A stretch of DNA of 64,000 bases from Candidatus Woesearchaeota archaeon (GTDB taxonomy: Archaea > Nanobdellota > Nanobdellia > Woesearchaeales > GW2011-AR9): assembly GCA_018302605.1 (NCBI GenBank), contig JAGVZN010000019.1, forward strand, positions 29,803 through 93,802. Direction: 5' to 3'. The translations under genes were made by a program, and so were the position numbers. Below the pieces are notes generated by a model. The model was not told where the DNA came from. It did no database searches and saw only the letters and a list, made by a program, of their open reading frames with translations. Position 1 is the first letter of the stretch; every line of letters starts with the position of its first letter. This document shows, piece by piece, positions 10,204 through 20,291 of this stretch.

Positions 10204-10456
10204 GATTGTCTTTGATCGGAAAGCATGCATCGGCGCATACTCTTGCGCTGCTGTCGCAGAAGACATCTGGAATTTTGATAACAAAGAGAATAAAGTGGAT
10301 ATCAAATTAGCTGGAATGAAAGGAGACAAAGAAAAACAAGAAGTGATCATTGACGAGAGTATGCTCCAAAAAGCATTGGATTCCGCGGAAGTCTGTCCCG
10401 TCCAAGTCATCAAGATCATCGATCTTGAAACCGGCGAAGAAGTTAAGAGATCTTAA
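10190..10456 (+). CDS. Ferredoxin (probably 3Fe-4S)
   Basis: CIGAYSC...SAEVCPVQVIKIIDLETGE. Confidence 0.85.
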   Translation: MKQYKIVFDRKACIGAYSCAAVAEDIWNFDNKENKVDIKLAGMKGDKEKQEVIIDESMLQKALDSAEVCPVQVIKIIDLETGEEVKRS

Positions 10457-10466
10457 AGCGTTATCT

Positions 10467-11369
10467 CTAATCAGAGATGTACTCACGCCAATAACGAACT
10501 GACTCTTTCAAATCATCCAAAATCCTGCTGTCAAACGGTTCCCGTTCTTTAAATGATAACTCTAAAAGTAATAACGCCTTAGTACACCCCGCCTGCTGTA
10601 ACGTCTCAACAACTTTCTGTGGCTCAACTTTGCCTTTGGCATTATATTCAGGAAGAAATGTTGCCTGTCCTCCCGACTCCAAACTCTGCTTGAGATGGAT
10701 CAACGGCGCATGAACCGCAAATTCACGCAGCCAAGCATAGGGATTTGTATCATCGGGATTAGAAGAAGAAACATCTCCATGTTCAACATCAAGACAAATC
10801 TTAATCGGAATCGCGCTACCCTCTAACATATTGTGAATTCTCTTTGCCTCTTTGATCGTCTCACCATACTCCCTTTTCACTGACATCGGCTCCCAAGTGA
10901 GATATTTCATCCCTTTCTGCTGAGCATAGACCGCGATTTCTTTCCAAGCATCGACAGTTTGCCGTAACACTTTCTGTTTCCTCTCAGGATTACGCAGGTC
11001 ATGATGCGACATGACCCCAAAATGACTGGACATATTTGTAGCTCCGACCGCTACACCTAAATCAATAAATTTTTTGAACCAGTTCAGCCAATAACTACTC
11101 ACTTTCGGATCAGGATGGGAAAAGTGATTGACCCGCGTAAACGCACCAGTCATGATACTGTCAATCTTAACATTATATTTCAGACAGAGAGCCTTGATTC
11201 TTTTCACGTGATCATTAATAATGTCATCACCTAACGCCGGATTGATCAGGTCAGCGGTGAGTTGAACGTACCGTAATCCTAAATCTTCACCGACAATCTT
11301 CATCCATTCTTCTGGCAGAGGAAAACGGTTTAACGCAAACCCAGTATTGATACCCAATCTCAAATTCAT
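10467..11369 (-). CDS. EryC-like sugar-phosphate epimerase (xylose-isomerase-like TIM barrel)
   Basis: NRF...VNHFSHPD, WEPMSVKREYGETI, HGDVSS-NPDD-NPYAW, IHLKQS and LELSFKEREP match my recollection of Brucella EryC (D-erythrulose-1-P 3-epimerase). Confidence 0.8.
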   Translation of the reverse strand: MNLRLGINTGFALNRFPLPEEWMKIVGEDLGLRYVQLTADLINPALGDDIINDHVKRIKALCLKYNVKIDSIMTGAFTRVNHFSHPDPKVSSYWLNWFKKFIDLGVAVGATNMSSHFGVMSHHDLRNPERKQKVLRQTVDAWKEIAVYAQQKGMKYLTWEPMSVKREYGETIKEAKRIHNMLEGSAIPIKICLDVEHGDVSSSNPDDTNPYAWLREFAVHAPLIHLKQSLESGGQATFLPEYNAKGKVEPQKVVETLQQAGCTKALLLLELSFKEREPFDSRILDDLKESVRYWREYISD

Positions 11370-12403
11370 GGCTTCACCATCACTTTCAGGCCTTTCATCT
11401 CCTGCATCACCGCGAACGCTTCCTGCACCCGCTCCAATGAAAAACGATGTGTAATCACGCTCTTCACATTAATCTTTCCTGATGCAATAAAATCCATCGC
11501 TAACTGGTTATGTCGCGGAGTAGAACCATGCGAGCCCATCACAAAACATTCTTTGTAATGAATTAAGTTTGAATCAATCTGCGCTGGTCTCGTCCCTTTC
11601 GCCAACCCGCCGAAAAGATTTACTACTCCTCGTTTTGCCACAACGTGTAAAGCCTGCTCATGCGCTTCAACAGCCGGACACATCGTAAAGACTCTATCGA
11701 TACCTTTTCCCGCAGTCAATTCTTTAATTATTTCAATCATATTCTCTTTAGCGCTATTGATATAAACATCTGCACCAAAATTTTTTGCTTCCTCCAAACG
11801 TTGCCCATTCATTTCTGCAAGATAAACTTTTGAAGCACCGAGAGCTTTGGCAACCAGGATACCTAAACAGCCGATCGGCCCGGCGCCGATGATCAAGACA
11901 CTTTTCCCAGGCTGCATCTGTGCTAGCTCAAAACCATTAAGGATACACGCTGTCGGCTCCATCAACGCCGCCTCTTCGTAACCTACAAGTTCGGGAATTT
12001 TAATAATAGGACCATACTTTACCATCATTGGTTCGAGCAGACAATATTCGGCAAAGGCACCAGCAAATTGATAGCCGACCGCATAATTCGCATCACAGCA
12101 ATTGCCTCTTCCATTTGTACAATGCGCACATTCCCCACACGGCACATCCGCACCCAGCGCAACACGATCACCAATGTTCCATTTTTTCACATCATCACCA
12201 ACAGCTACAATCTCGCCAGATGCTTCGTGGCCAATAATTGCCGGATACGTCACACGCGCATTGCCCGACCCAAGGATGCGCATATCCGAACCACAGATAG
12301 CACAGGCATGGATTCTTAGAAGAATCGTACTCGGTTTAACGGAAGGTTTTTCTACCGTATCCAGACGTAAATCATGTAAGCCGTGAAGGACTGCAGCTTT
12401 CAT
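11366..12403 (-). CDS. Zn-dependent polyol/sugar dehydrogenase (iditol dehydrogenase-like)
   Basis: ICGSD, GHE, CxxCxxC...C and GAGPIG motifs. Confidence 0.9.
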   Translation of the reverse strand: MKAAVLHGLHDLRLDTVEKPSVKPSTILLRIHACAICGSDMRILGSGNARVTYPAIIGHEASGEIVAVGDDVKKWNIGDRVALGADVPCGECAHCTNGRGNCCDANYAVGYQFAGAFAEYCLLEPMMVKYGPIIKIPELVGYEEAALMEPTACILNGFELAQMQPGKSVLIIGAGPIGCLGILVAKALGASKVYLAEMNGQRLEEAKNFGADVYINSAKENMIEIIKELTAGKGIDRVFTMCPAVEAHEQALHVVAKRGVVNLFGGLAKGTRPAQIDSNLIHYKECFVMGSHGSTPRHNQLAMDFIASGKINVKSVITHRFSLERVQEAFAVMQEMKGLKVMVKP

Positions 12404-13464
12404 GTTAAATCGCTCTCCGTTGCATTAACCACAAAAATCCCTTTGCAATAATGATCATATTTCCGTTCGTAGAGGTTATCAAACACATCTTTAATCTCTG
12501 AAAGAGGAAAGCGATGGGTAATCACGGGCATCGCTGAAATAGTCCCATCGCTAAGAGAATGTAAAACCTCCTGCCATTCGTTCTCTCCCGGAACAATTAA
12601 AGAATTCCAACTTCCAATCAGAGTAATCTCATTCCTCAAGAGCAATTGAAATGTTTTTTCAGAGAATGAAGTCTCCTTCTGGGGATTTCCCAGCAATGAA
12701 ATAACTCCCCCCTTCTTGACAGTAGTTATTGCCTGATCCTGAAACAAATTCGACCCACTGCATTCTAAGACAACATCAAAGGGGTAATCACTCTTTATGG
12801 AATGCAGTTTCTGGAGATAATCGCCTTCGTTTGAATTTAAAACAAAATCCGCTCCAAGACGCAAAGCAATATCAAGCTTGTGGGCATTACGGTCGATGCC
12901 AACAATTTTAACCGCACCATTTTTCTTTGCCCATTGAATTGCAAACAAGCCAATCGGTCCAAGACCAAAAATGATAACTCTGCCCCCCCTCTTAACTCCA
13001 GCTCGTTTTACCCCACGTAATGCGACGGACAACGGTTCGACGAGGGCCGCCTCTTCTAAAGAGACGTTCTCAGGGACTCTAATGACATTCCGTGCTGGGC
13101 AGACCACATATTCGGCAAACCCCCCATCACAACGCGACCCGAGATAATTATAGTTGCCGCAGAGATTTTCGTTACCATTTAGACAGTAAGAGCAGGAGCC
13201 ACAAGAAACAAGAGGATACACTGTCACCCGATCCCCTGGTTTAAAGCCATCGACTTGGGAACCTACTTGTGAGATTATACCAGAAAATTCATGGCCGGGA
13301 ACAGTCGGAAAAGAATACGTTCCTTTAACTTTAACACGGGGGATATCCGAGCCGCAAATAGCAGCATATTTTACATTCACAAGAATCCAATCATCTTTGA
13401 GGGGGGGTATTTCCCGCTCTTCGTAGCTAATATTATCAATGGCTTTCAAAACACCCGCAAACAT
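12400..13464 (-). CDS. Zn-dependent dehydrogenase, galactitol-1-P 5-dehydrogenase-like
   Basis: ICGSDIPR, GHEFSG, CGSCSYC...C, YLGSRCDGGFAEY, GLGPIG and GSWNS motifs. Confidence 0.85.
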   Translation of the reverse strand: MFAGVLKAIDNISYEEREIPPLKDDWILVNVKYAAICGSDIPRVKVKGTYSFPTVPGHEFSGIISQVGSQVDGFKPGDRVTVYPLVSCGSCSYCLNGNENLCGNYNYLGSRCDGGFAEYVVCPARNVIRVPENVSLEEAALVEPLSVALRGVKRAGVKRGGRVIIFGLGPIGLFAIQWAKKNGAVKIVGIDRNAHKLDIALRLGADFVLNSNEGDYLQKLHSIKSDYPFDVVLECSGSNLFQDQAITTVKKGGVISLLGNPQKETSFSEKTFQLLLRNEITLIGSWNSLIVPGENEWQEVLHSLSDGTISAMPVITHRFPLSEIKDVFDNLYERKYDHYCKGIFVVNATESDLT

Positions 13465-13551
13465 AAAATATCCTATTAAAAGCACTATATAATGCTTATG
13501 GATTATTATTCATATTACTATTCAGAAAAAGAGTAAGGAGACCAAATCGGG

Positions 13552-15177
13552 ATGTTTTTTAACAATTTTTATAACCCCCACGCAAGATTCAGGGGAATTG
13601 TGGAAAAAAGTGACGAGAACGAAATGATAATTGCAAACGAAGATCAAAAGAAAGATCTGCAGAACATAGCAAAAGGAGCTGGATTCCTTTTTGCCGGCAC
13701 TTTGATGGTCTATGTTTTAAAATTCTTCTATCGGTTACTTGTATCTCGTTATCTCGGGCCCAGTGATTACGGCCTTCTTTCATTAGGAGAAGCAATCGCT
13801 AATGTTGCGATCATCTTCACAACTCTTGGATTAAGTTTTGGCATCATCAAACTTATCCCCCATTATCTCAGTAGAGACGATCCTGCACGAGTACGCGGGA
13901 TGATTTTGGCTATTCTCAAGATTAGTGGACTGATGAGCATCTTCGTCGCCATCGTAACCATCCTCTTCTCACAATATATTGCCATCGGCATCTTTCATAA
14001 GCCATTATTTGTACCGATCATAATCATCACCGCCATCACCATCCCCTTCTTTACGGTCACCAATTCCATCTCAAATATTTTCCTCGCTTTTCAGAGAGTG
14101 AATTACCAGAATCTAATCAACGTTGCTGGACGAGGATTTATTCTCCTATTACTGACGGTAGTTGCGATTGCGTACGATGGAAAACTATTTTGGATAGCAG
14201 TTGCGTATCTTTTCTCTCACATCAGCTCATTGATCATAGGGCTCTACTTCCTTATCCGTAAAAAAATATTTATGATCAGCTCAGAAATTAAGCCCAAGTA
14301 CGAATACTATCAATTGATCAGTTTCTCTTTCCCCATCTTCCTGTCCGGCATCTTTGTACAGATCATGGGCTGGGTTGATACACTCTTTTTAAGTGCTTTA
14401 AAAGAAGCATCAGAGGTTGGGATCTACAACGCCGCCCTGCCGTTAGTCAGTACCCTCTCTATTTTTGTCTCTGTGGTTGGAAACATCTTCCTCCCCACCG
14501 CTTCAAGCCTGTATGCTAAAAACAAAACAGAAAAAGTTGCTGGCCTTTACGCCACCGTTTCCCGATGGACTTTCCTCTCCGGCCTGCCCATCATGTTATT
14601 CATGATTTTCTTTTCAAAACAGATTCTCACTATTTTGTTTGGTGCTGAATATCGGACAGGACATATTGCTCTCCAGATCTTGATCGGAGCGTACTTCTTA
14701 AGATTAAGCTTCGGGCCATCATCCCAAGCGTTGATGATGTTTAACGAGACAAAAAAAATATTTTATATCAATAGCTTCGCTGCCGTGGTAAATGTCATCC
14801 TCAATTATCTCCTCATCCCGCCTTATTCTATGATGGGGGCTGCCATCGCAACGACAGGGTCGATCATCATCCAAGAAGGGTTGATCTTCTGGATTGCGAA
14901 AAAGAAATTGGGCTTTGTCTTCTCCCTGAAAATGTATGCCCGCTACCTCCTCAGCGGCCTCATAGGAATAAGCATTATCTACTGGATGTCAACTCACATG
15001 TCCACCAATGCTTTGACAATCAGTGTGTTAGCTCTAACATACTCCACAATGTATTTTATAATGCTGATCATGCTGGGGGGATTCAGAGAAGAAGATTTGG
15101 TAATTATTCAGGCAATAGAAAAAAAGTTTCACATAAATTTAAATATCTTAACGATGCTTATTAAGAGATTTCTATGA
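13552..15177 (+). CDS. Oligosaccharide flippase (Wzx/MATE-like)
   Basis: About 14 TM segments. SRYLGPSDYG, D-x-x-FL...VGIYNAA and LNYLLIP...GAAIAT motifs. Confidence 0.9.
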   Translation: MFFNNFYNPHARFRGIVEKSDENEMIIANEDQKKDLQNIAKGAGFLFAGTLMVYVLKFFYRLLVSRYLGPSDYGLLSLGEAIANVAIIFTTLGLSFGIIKLIPHYLSRDDPARVRGMILAILKISGLMSIFVAIVTILFSQYIAIGIFHKPLFVPIIIITAITIPFFTVTNSISNIFLAFQRVNYQNLINVAGRGFILLLLTVVAIAYDGKLFWIAVAYLFSHISSLIIGLYFLIRKKIFMISSEIKPKYEYYQLISFSFPIFLSGIFVQIMGWVDTLFLSALKEASEVGIYNAALPLVSTLSIFVSVVGNIFLPTASSLYAKNKTEKVAGLYATVSRWTFLSGLPIMLFMIFFSKQILTILFGAEYRTGHIALQILIGAYFLRLSFGPSSQALMMFNETKKIFYINSFAAVVNVILNYLLIPPYSMMGAAIATTGSIIIQEGLIFWIAKKKLGFVFSLKMYARYLLSGLIGISIIYWMSTHMSTNALTISVLALTYSTMYFIMLIMLGGFREEDLVIIQAIEKKFHINLNILTMLIKRFL

Positions 15178-15953
15178 AAATAACTCAGCGTCTTGGACTA
15201 AACAGAATCAATGTGAAGAAAGAGAATATTGAAACTGTAAACCAAGAAAGATTCAAAACTCAGGAGAAGAGAAACCACCACCCTGACCAATCTGAGAAGA
15301 GCAAATCTTATTTTGAACAGGATTTATTCCCCCTTTTAAAAACAGAAGAATTTATTTTCCGGGAATACTTAAGAAACAAAGAAGCAAAAATTCTTGTTGC
15401 GGGATGTGGTACGGGAAGAATTCCTTTCCACCTCCTGCGGATGGGATTCACAAAAATAGTTGCTTTTGATATCATCCCAGAAGTCATTCAGATCGCCAAG
15501 AAAATAGAACCATCGCTTGATTTCCGCGTCCTTGATGCTACTAATCTAAACGAATTCAATGCTGAATCGTTTGATCTTGTCATCTTTCCGTACAACGGAA
15601 TCGACTATATCCATCCGATAGAAAAAAGAAAAAAAGCCTTGCGCGAGATCCATCGCATTTTGAATGTGGGGGGACAATTTATCTTCAGTTCCCATAATAG
15701 CAGGCTAATCAGCTATAAAAAAATACCAGTACTTCTACGAACTCTTCTCAGCGGCTTGCTTTTCACAGGATATTATGTTAATTATGGGGAACACGGCTTC
15801 ATTATCACAAAATACAGCTCGATAGGACGAATTAAGAAAGAACTTGCTGGATGCGGATTTAAAGATATCCATGTTAAAGGCGATTTTTCTTCAACAGTCA
15901 GAAATTACGTCTCTTGTAAGTATTGTCATTACATCGCAAAAAAGGAACCATAA
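15174..15953 (+). CDS. Class I SAM-dependent methyltransferase
   Basis: ILVAGCGTGR, FDI, DAT and SFDLV...NGIDY motifs. Confidence 0.85.
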   Translation: MKITQRLGLNRINVKKENIETVNQERFKTQEKRNHHPDQSEKSKSYFEQDLFPLLKTEEFIFREYLRNKEAKILVAGCGTGRIPFHLLRMGFTKIVAFDIIPEVIQIAKKIEPSLDFRVLDATNLNEFNAESFDLVIFPYNGIDYIHPIEKRKKALREIHRILNVGGQFIFSSHNSRLISYKKIPVLLRTLLSGLLFTGYYVNYGEHGFIITKYSSIGRIKKELAGCGFKDIHVKGDFSSTVRNYVSCKYCHYIAKKEP

Positions 15954-15978
15954 GAAAAAGAGAGAAAAGAAAGAGCAA

Positions 15979-16836
15979 ATGAAAAACACGACTGGAAAAT
16001 TATTGATCTATTGGGACTATGAGCTTCAGCAAGGAGCTGATGTTTCTACCCAGAAGTACAAAGATGGAGTAGAAGACTATCATCAAACAGAATTTATCTT
16101 AAACTATCTTCAAGATAAGCCGATCCCCACCTGTTTCGCCGTGGTTGGAATTACAGCGGAGAGGGGAGGACTTCCGTATCATGCGCCCCAACAATTGAAG
16201 AAAATGGCCAAACTGGGGCATGAAGTGGGGAGTCACACCTATTCTCACAAAAGAATCACCCAACTAAACTTTCCGGAATTAGTCGCAGAATTACAGAAAA
16301 GCAAACAAGCCATTGAGAAAGCAAGTGGACAGAAGTGTACTGCTTTTGTTCCCCCCTGGGATAAACCACAATTCTTCTTCAATCTGGCTATCGATTTTAA
16401 ACCCGGAACTATCTTTCCAAAGAACAGTATTCTCAACAAAGAAAAAATACTTCACGCACTCCGACAGACGGGTTATAAAACATATCGCACCTGCCCTCTA
16501 ACCTCCCGCTTCGCCCTTTTTCATCTCTCCAAGCCAAAATACTCCAAAGGGATTATAGAAATACCTTGCCGTCTGAGCAACGGGTTTTCCACAGAAGCAA
16601 AGAAATTAGTGAAGAAAGCCATCTCCCAACGCGGCATCGCCGTCATTTATGCTCACCCCCGTGGACTTGCTCATCCAGGGCCACAACATAAACACAAATT
16701 TATCGAATTCATTGATTTCGTCGAGAAACAGATCGAAAGAAAAAAGCTTGAAGTTGTTCTCCCACACGATTTGCAAAGAGAATCACTTCTCAAAAAAGAT
16801 TTTCCACAGCAACCAAGAAGAATAGGGAGAGAATGA
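15979..16836 (+). CDS. Polysaccharide deacetylase (NodB-like)
   Basis: WDYE, HEVGSHTYSH, FVPPW and YAHP motifs. Confidence 0.8.
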   Translation: MKNTTGKLLIYWDYELQQGADVSTQKYKDGVEDYHQTEFILNYLQDKPIPTCFAVVGITAERGGLPYHAPQQLKKMAKLGHEVGSHTYSHKRITQLNFPELVAELQKSKQAIEKASGQKCTAFVPPWDKPQFFFNLAIDFKPGTIFPKNSILNKEKILHALRQTGYKTYRTCPLTSRFALFHLSKPKYSKGIIEIPCRLSNGFSTEAKKLVKKAISQRGIAVIYAHPRGLAHPGPQHKHKFIEFIDFVEKQIERKKLEVVLPHDLQRESLLKKDFPQQPRRIGRE

Positions 16837-17885
16837 TGAACCAAGAACAGAGATTGATTACAAAACGAGAAGAGTGGGAAGAGTTACTTGCCATCTTCGA
16901 AGTTAAAGAGAATCTTTTCTTAGATTTTCAAGTGAGTGATGGTCTTCGTAACTGTGATGTAGAGGTGTTTCGCTATGTGTACTATCCAGAAAATGATGCA
17001 GAAGAGAAGCCAACTGCAATCATCCAATGGAACATTGAGATCATCAAAGTACACAAAATTCTAGGAATTGCAAGGATTGCCTGCGGCTCACGTGAGGGGA
17101 ATGGTTTTTTTCATAAAGAATTAAGTATACCAGAACAGCAAATTTATTTGCAAAAATCTCTCAGGGAAACAATCAAACGATCAAAAAGAGGAATATCTTT
17201 ACTTCTCTTGCCAGTATACATCTCAATAGTCTCTGACTGCAAACGAGATATTCTTCCGCATAGCCTCGTCGAAGAAATTTTTTCTGTAGAACTAGACCTC
17301 TCACCATCGGTATTAGAATTAGAATCAAATTTTGACAAAAAGCGTCGGAATGGGATTCGAAAAGCACAAAAAAACGGTATTAGTACGAATATTGATAGAA
17401 CTAAAGAAGGACTCTCTTTCTTTTACGATCTCAAGAAATCACAATATTGGTCTGGTGATGAGAAGACTATTTGGACAAATAGGACAAAAGAAGCGTTTGG
17501 GGCTTACCATCAACGTGCAACAACAGTTGGTAAACATCTACTCTTCATTTCAAAGTACCAAAGAAATAACGTAGCATTTGCCAGTGTCTATTCTATCGAC
17601 AGAAAATTGTTCTACAAAGAGGGTGGTCTAGATAAATCATTTCAGGAATTTCGCCCTCTCGACAGGTTATTGATGGATGTAATCATATGGGGAAAAGAAC
17701 ATGGGTATACCTCTCTTGATTTTTGCGGAGCGAATTTTGATGAGGATAATAACCCCGATGCGAGAACAAAATTTAAGTTGCAGTTTGGCGCCATCCCTAA
17801 GCGATATTATCATTACCAGAAAATAACTCTTCCTTTCGCTGGAAAGAGAACGCCGTTACTCTTTACCCGTCTCTTGACAAAGTAA
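16833..17885 (+). CDS. GNAT/FemAB-like acyltransferase
   Basis: LDL...KKRRNGIRKA, DFCG and FKLQFGA motifs. Confidence 0.75.
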   Translation: MMNQEQRLITKREEWEELLAIFEVKENLFLDFQVSDGLRNCDVEVFRYVYYPENDAEEKPTAIIQWNIEIIKVHKILGIARIACGSREGNGFFHKELSIPEQQIYLQKSLRETIKRSKRGISLLLLPVYISIVSDCKRDILPHSLVEEIFSVELDLSPSVLELESNFDKKRRNGIRKAQKNGISTNIDRTKEGLSFFYDLKKSQYWSGDEKTIWTNRTKEAFGAYHQRATTVGKHLLFISKYQRNNVAFASVYSIDRKLFYKEGGLDKSFQEFRPLDRLLMDVIIWGKEHGYTSLDFCGANFDEDNNPDARTKFKLQFGAIPKRYYHYQKITLPFAGKRTPLLFTRLLTK

Positions 17886-18509
17886 AGAGACGATTTTTCC
17901 CGCAAGATACACCAAACGTTTCTCGGGGAGCAAAACTTTCCTAATTGGCTTCATCTTAACGAATTCTTCTTTCGTCAGATGATCATAATGAATTTGCTTC
18001 TTGCCGAAAGTGCTATCGACAATAGAAGGTTGTCCCAGATCGCCGCGAAAAGGGAATAGTTTGAGATGGAGATGCTCTTTTTTCTCTTGCCAGGTTGTGC
18101 ATTTGCCATAGGCCGCAACGGCCGCGCCCGTTTCACGTGTCGGTGAGACTGCTTTAAATTCTGGCTGTTCTTCGGCCATAATCATCGTCATTGCCGCATT
18201 CAGCTTGCCAAAAGCAAGACCATAATTCTTTGCAAGTTTAGGATTCCCTGCCAGTTGAGCAAAATGAGAAAAATGTCCGAAGGTCATCAGTTGTACTGTA
18301 AAATCTCGCTGAGGATCCCCCCCCGTCTGGGGGGATAATGTTGCAAACCAGCCATTGTCAATGGAATCGCCGATGCGAAAGATGACAACCGCATTATATT
18401 TTGTCCGCGTTCCGATGGGCAACATTGCTTCTTGGCACCAAACGCAATTTTCTTGGAGAGAACTGTCTTCGGCTAAGAGAATTTTTAATTGCTGTACCGT
18501 ATTATGCAT
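17856..18509 (-). CDS. HIT-like protein A (degenerate HxHxK)
   Basis: CVWC, LMTFGH, YGKC and HLHLK motifs. Paralogue of 18571-19206. Confidence 0.55.
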   Translation of the reverse strand: MHNTVQQLKILLAEDSSLQENCVWCQEAMLPIGTRTKYNAVVIFRIGDSIDNGWFATLSPQTGGDPQRDFTVQLMTFGHFSHFAQLAGNPKLAKNYGLAFGKLNAAMTMIMAEEQPEFKAVSPTRETGAAVAAYGKCTTWQEKKEHLHLKLFPFRGDLGQPSIVDSTFGKKQIHYDHLTKEEFVKMKPIRKVLLPEKRLVYLAGKIVSLLCQETGKE

Positions 18510-18570
18510 AAATCATCTAACATCAAAAATGCCGTAACATTTATAAAAGATGTGAAAGCAAAATGTTCTT

Positions 18571-19206
18571 ATGACACTTAATGACTTGTTAGGACAAGCA
18601 ACTACAACCAGTAGCGACTGTGTCTTTTGTGATTTCTCCACAGCCGATGTCGGAGAGAAAGATAGCCGCGGCGCAGTGAAAGTATTTCAAACTGGTTCTG
18701 GTTTAGGGCAGGATTGGTATGGTATCCTCCAAACAAGTGTGATCTCCGATCCAAAGAGTGGTTTTCAACTGCTACTTGTCCCTTTAGGTCATATTCAATC
18801 CTTTGCTGAAATCGCTAAGGACATACGATTAGCAGAAAATTATGGAATTGCAACGGCACGATTGAGCTTAGCGATGCAAAGAATCCGAGAAGAAGAATAT
18901 GCCGGTACAGACACATTTACGCCCGGTCAAATCATCTATGGAAAATGTCATACTCCCCAGAACTCACAATCTCATCTTCATTTAAAACTGGATGAATTTA
19001 GTGGGGGTTTAGCACAAGCATTTCCTACAGACCGGGGATGGATCGGAAAGCCCACCCATTACATCAACGAACCGATATTTGGGATATCAATGCAAGTAAG
19101 CGATACATACGTCAGAGCACGACCAGTCACAACCGCAAAATTAGAGTTGGAACGCATCACCGCTCTAGCTGATCGGTTGATTAACTATGCTAAAAGATCA
19201 ATTTAA
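18571..19206 (+). CDS. HIT-like protein B (degenerate HxHxK)
   Basis: DCVFC, LLVPLGH, YGKC and HLHLK motifs. Confidence 0.55.
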   Translation: MTLNDLLGQATTTSSDCVFCDFSTADVGEKDSRGAVKVFQTGSGLGQDWYGILQTSVISDPKSGFQLLLVPLGHIQSFAEIAKDIRLAENYGIATARLSLAMQRIREEEYAGTDTFTPGQIIYGKCHTPQNSQSHLHLKLDEFSGGLAQAFPTDRGWIGKPTHYINEPIFGISMQVSDTYVRARPVTTAKLELERITALADRLINYAKRSI

Positions 19207-20266
19207 TATATTCCTTCTCCCTTCTCTCATCAAGATAAGCATCGAAATATCCAACAACAACACGGTAATAAAACTCTCCGTTCTCCTGATTAACTTTTTC
19301 CAACATCCCCGATGCTTCCATTTTTTCACCAGGAAAAGCGAGCATACAATAATCCCGGGAATAGAAAACAATCTTGGTGACTGGAACTTTTTCTTTTCCT
19401 TCACGCACTAGGGCATTACTGATCTGGTAACAGCCTGGCCTGACTACCGAACTAAAATTATCAACTACCGTCCCTTCCACAACGGCAGGGCCCAGAGAGG
19501 TGTATTTCTCCTCTCCCCATTTGAACCAGACTTCCTCTTCTTTTTCCGCTGCAAAGATCACAAACAGACTACCCTCAAAATAACCTTCCGTTTTTCGCCT
19601 CTTCATTGAATGCAAGAATTCTTTCTCACCAGAGATTGAGAAGCGATTGCGCTTCTTATGAAACACAAGCCACTCTTCATCTGTCTTCCAATGTAACAAC
19701 GGATGGGTTGCACGTTCGAGATAAGACATCAATTTCCAGAAGTTCTCTTTACCATACACCACAATATTAATATCTGAAATCGCAGGGTTATAATGACCCA
19801 TCAAAGTAGAATACGTTATCCCGAAATCTTTGATCCTCAGACCGCTTTGGAGGAGAAATTGAGAGAAAGAAAATACCCTCAAGAGATACTGGTCCAAAGA
19901 CGCTGGTGGCATAGACATGAGTTCTTTAAAGCCCCTACGCGGGAAATAAATTCGTTCAATCTTGTCGATCGGAATCGAAAAGAAAAGACGGTTCTGATCG
20001 TGAACAGGACTAGTATACACATAATTAGGATACGCTTCGCGAAAACGAGTGATATAGGCTCTCAATTCCTCTTTATCTGCCCACATATTCAGCCGATTCA
20101 TCTTTCGTCCCATGATGAAACGATACGCAAGAGCACTGCTCTCTACAGCTGTGGTAGGAATATATTTTGGCTTAACTAAAATAGAAGAAGAAGGATGTTC
20201 ATTACCATAGACTTGGCATTGCAGACCGTCTTTAGTGGTGATAATTGACGACTCATAAAAATGCAT
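19190..20266 (-). CDS. COG1665-like pol-beta-fold nucleotidyltransferase, possibly inactive
   Basis: ESSIITTKDG...HP...PKYIP and GITYSTLMG...SDINIVVYG (DxD changed to DxN). Probable start at ATG 20266 after GGAGG. Confidence 0.7.
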   Translation of the reverse strand: MHFYESSIITTKDGLQCQVYGNEHPSSSILVKPKYIPTTAVESSALAYRFIMGRKMNRLNMWADKEELRAYITRFREAYPNYVYTSPVHDQNRLFFSIPIDKIERIYFPRRGFKELMSMPPASLDQYLLRVFSFSQFLLQSGLRIKDFGITYSTLMGHYNPAISDINIVVYGKENFWKLMSYLERATHPLLHWKTDEEWLVFHKKRNRFSISGEKEFLHSMKRRKTEGYFEGSLFVIFAAEKEEEVWFKWGEEKYTSLGPAVVEGTVVDNFSSVVRPGCYQISNALVREGKEKVPVTKIVFYSRDYCMLAFPGEKMEASGMLEKVNQENGEFYYRVVVGYFDAYLDERREKEYIKLIF

Positions 20267-20291
20267 TTCTTCAAACCTCCGGTTACAACAT

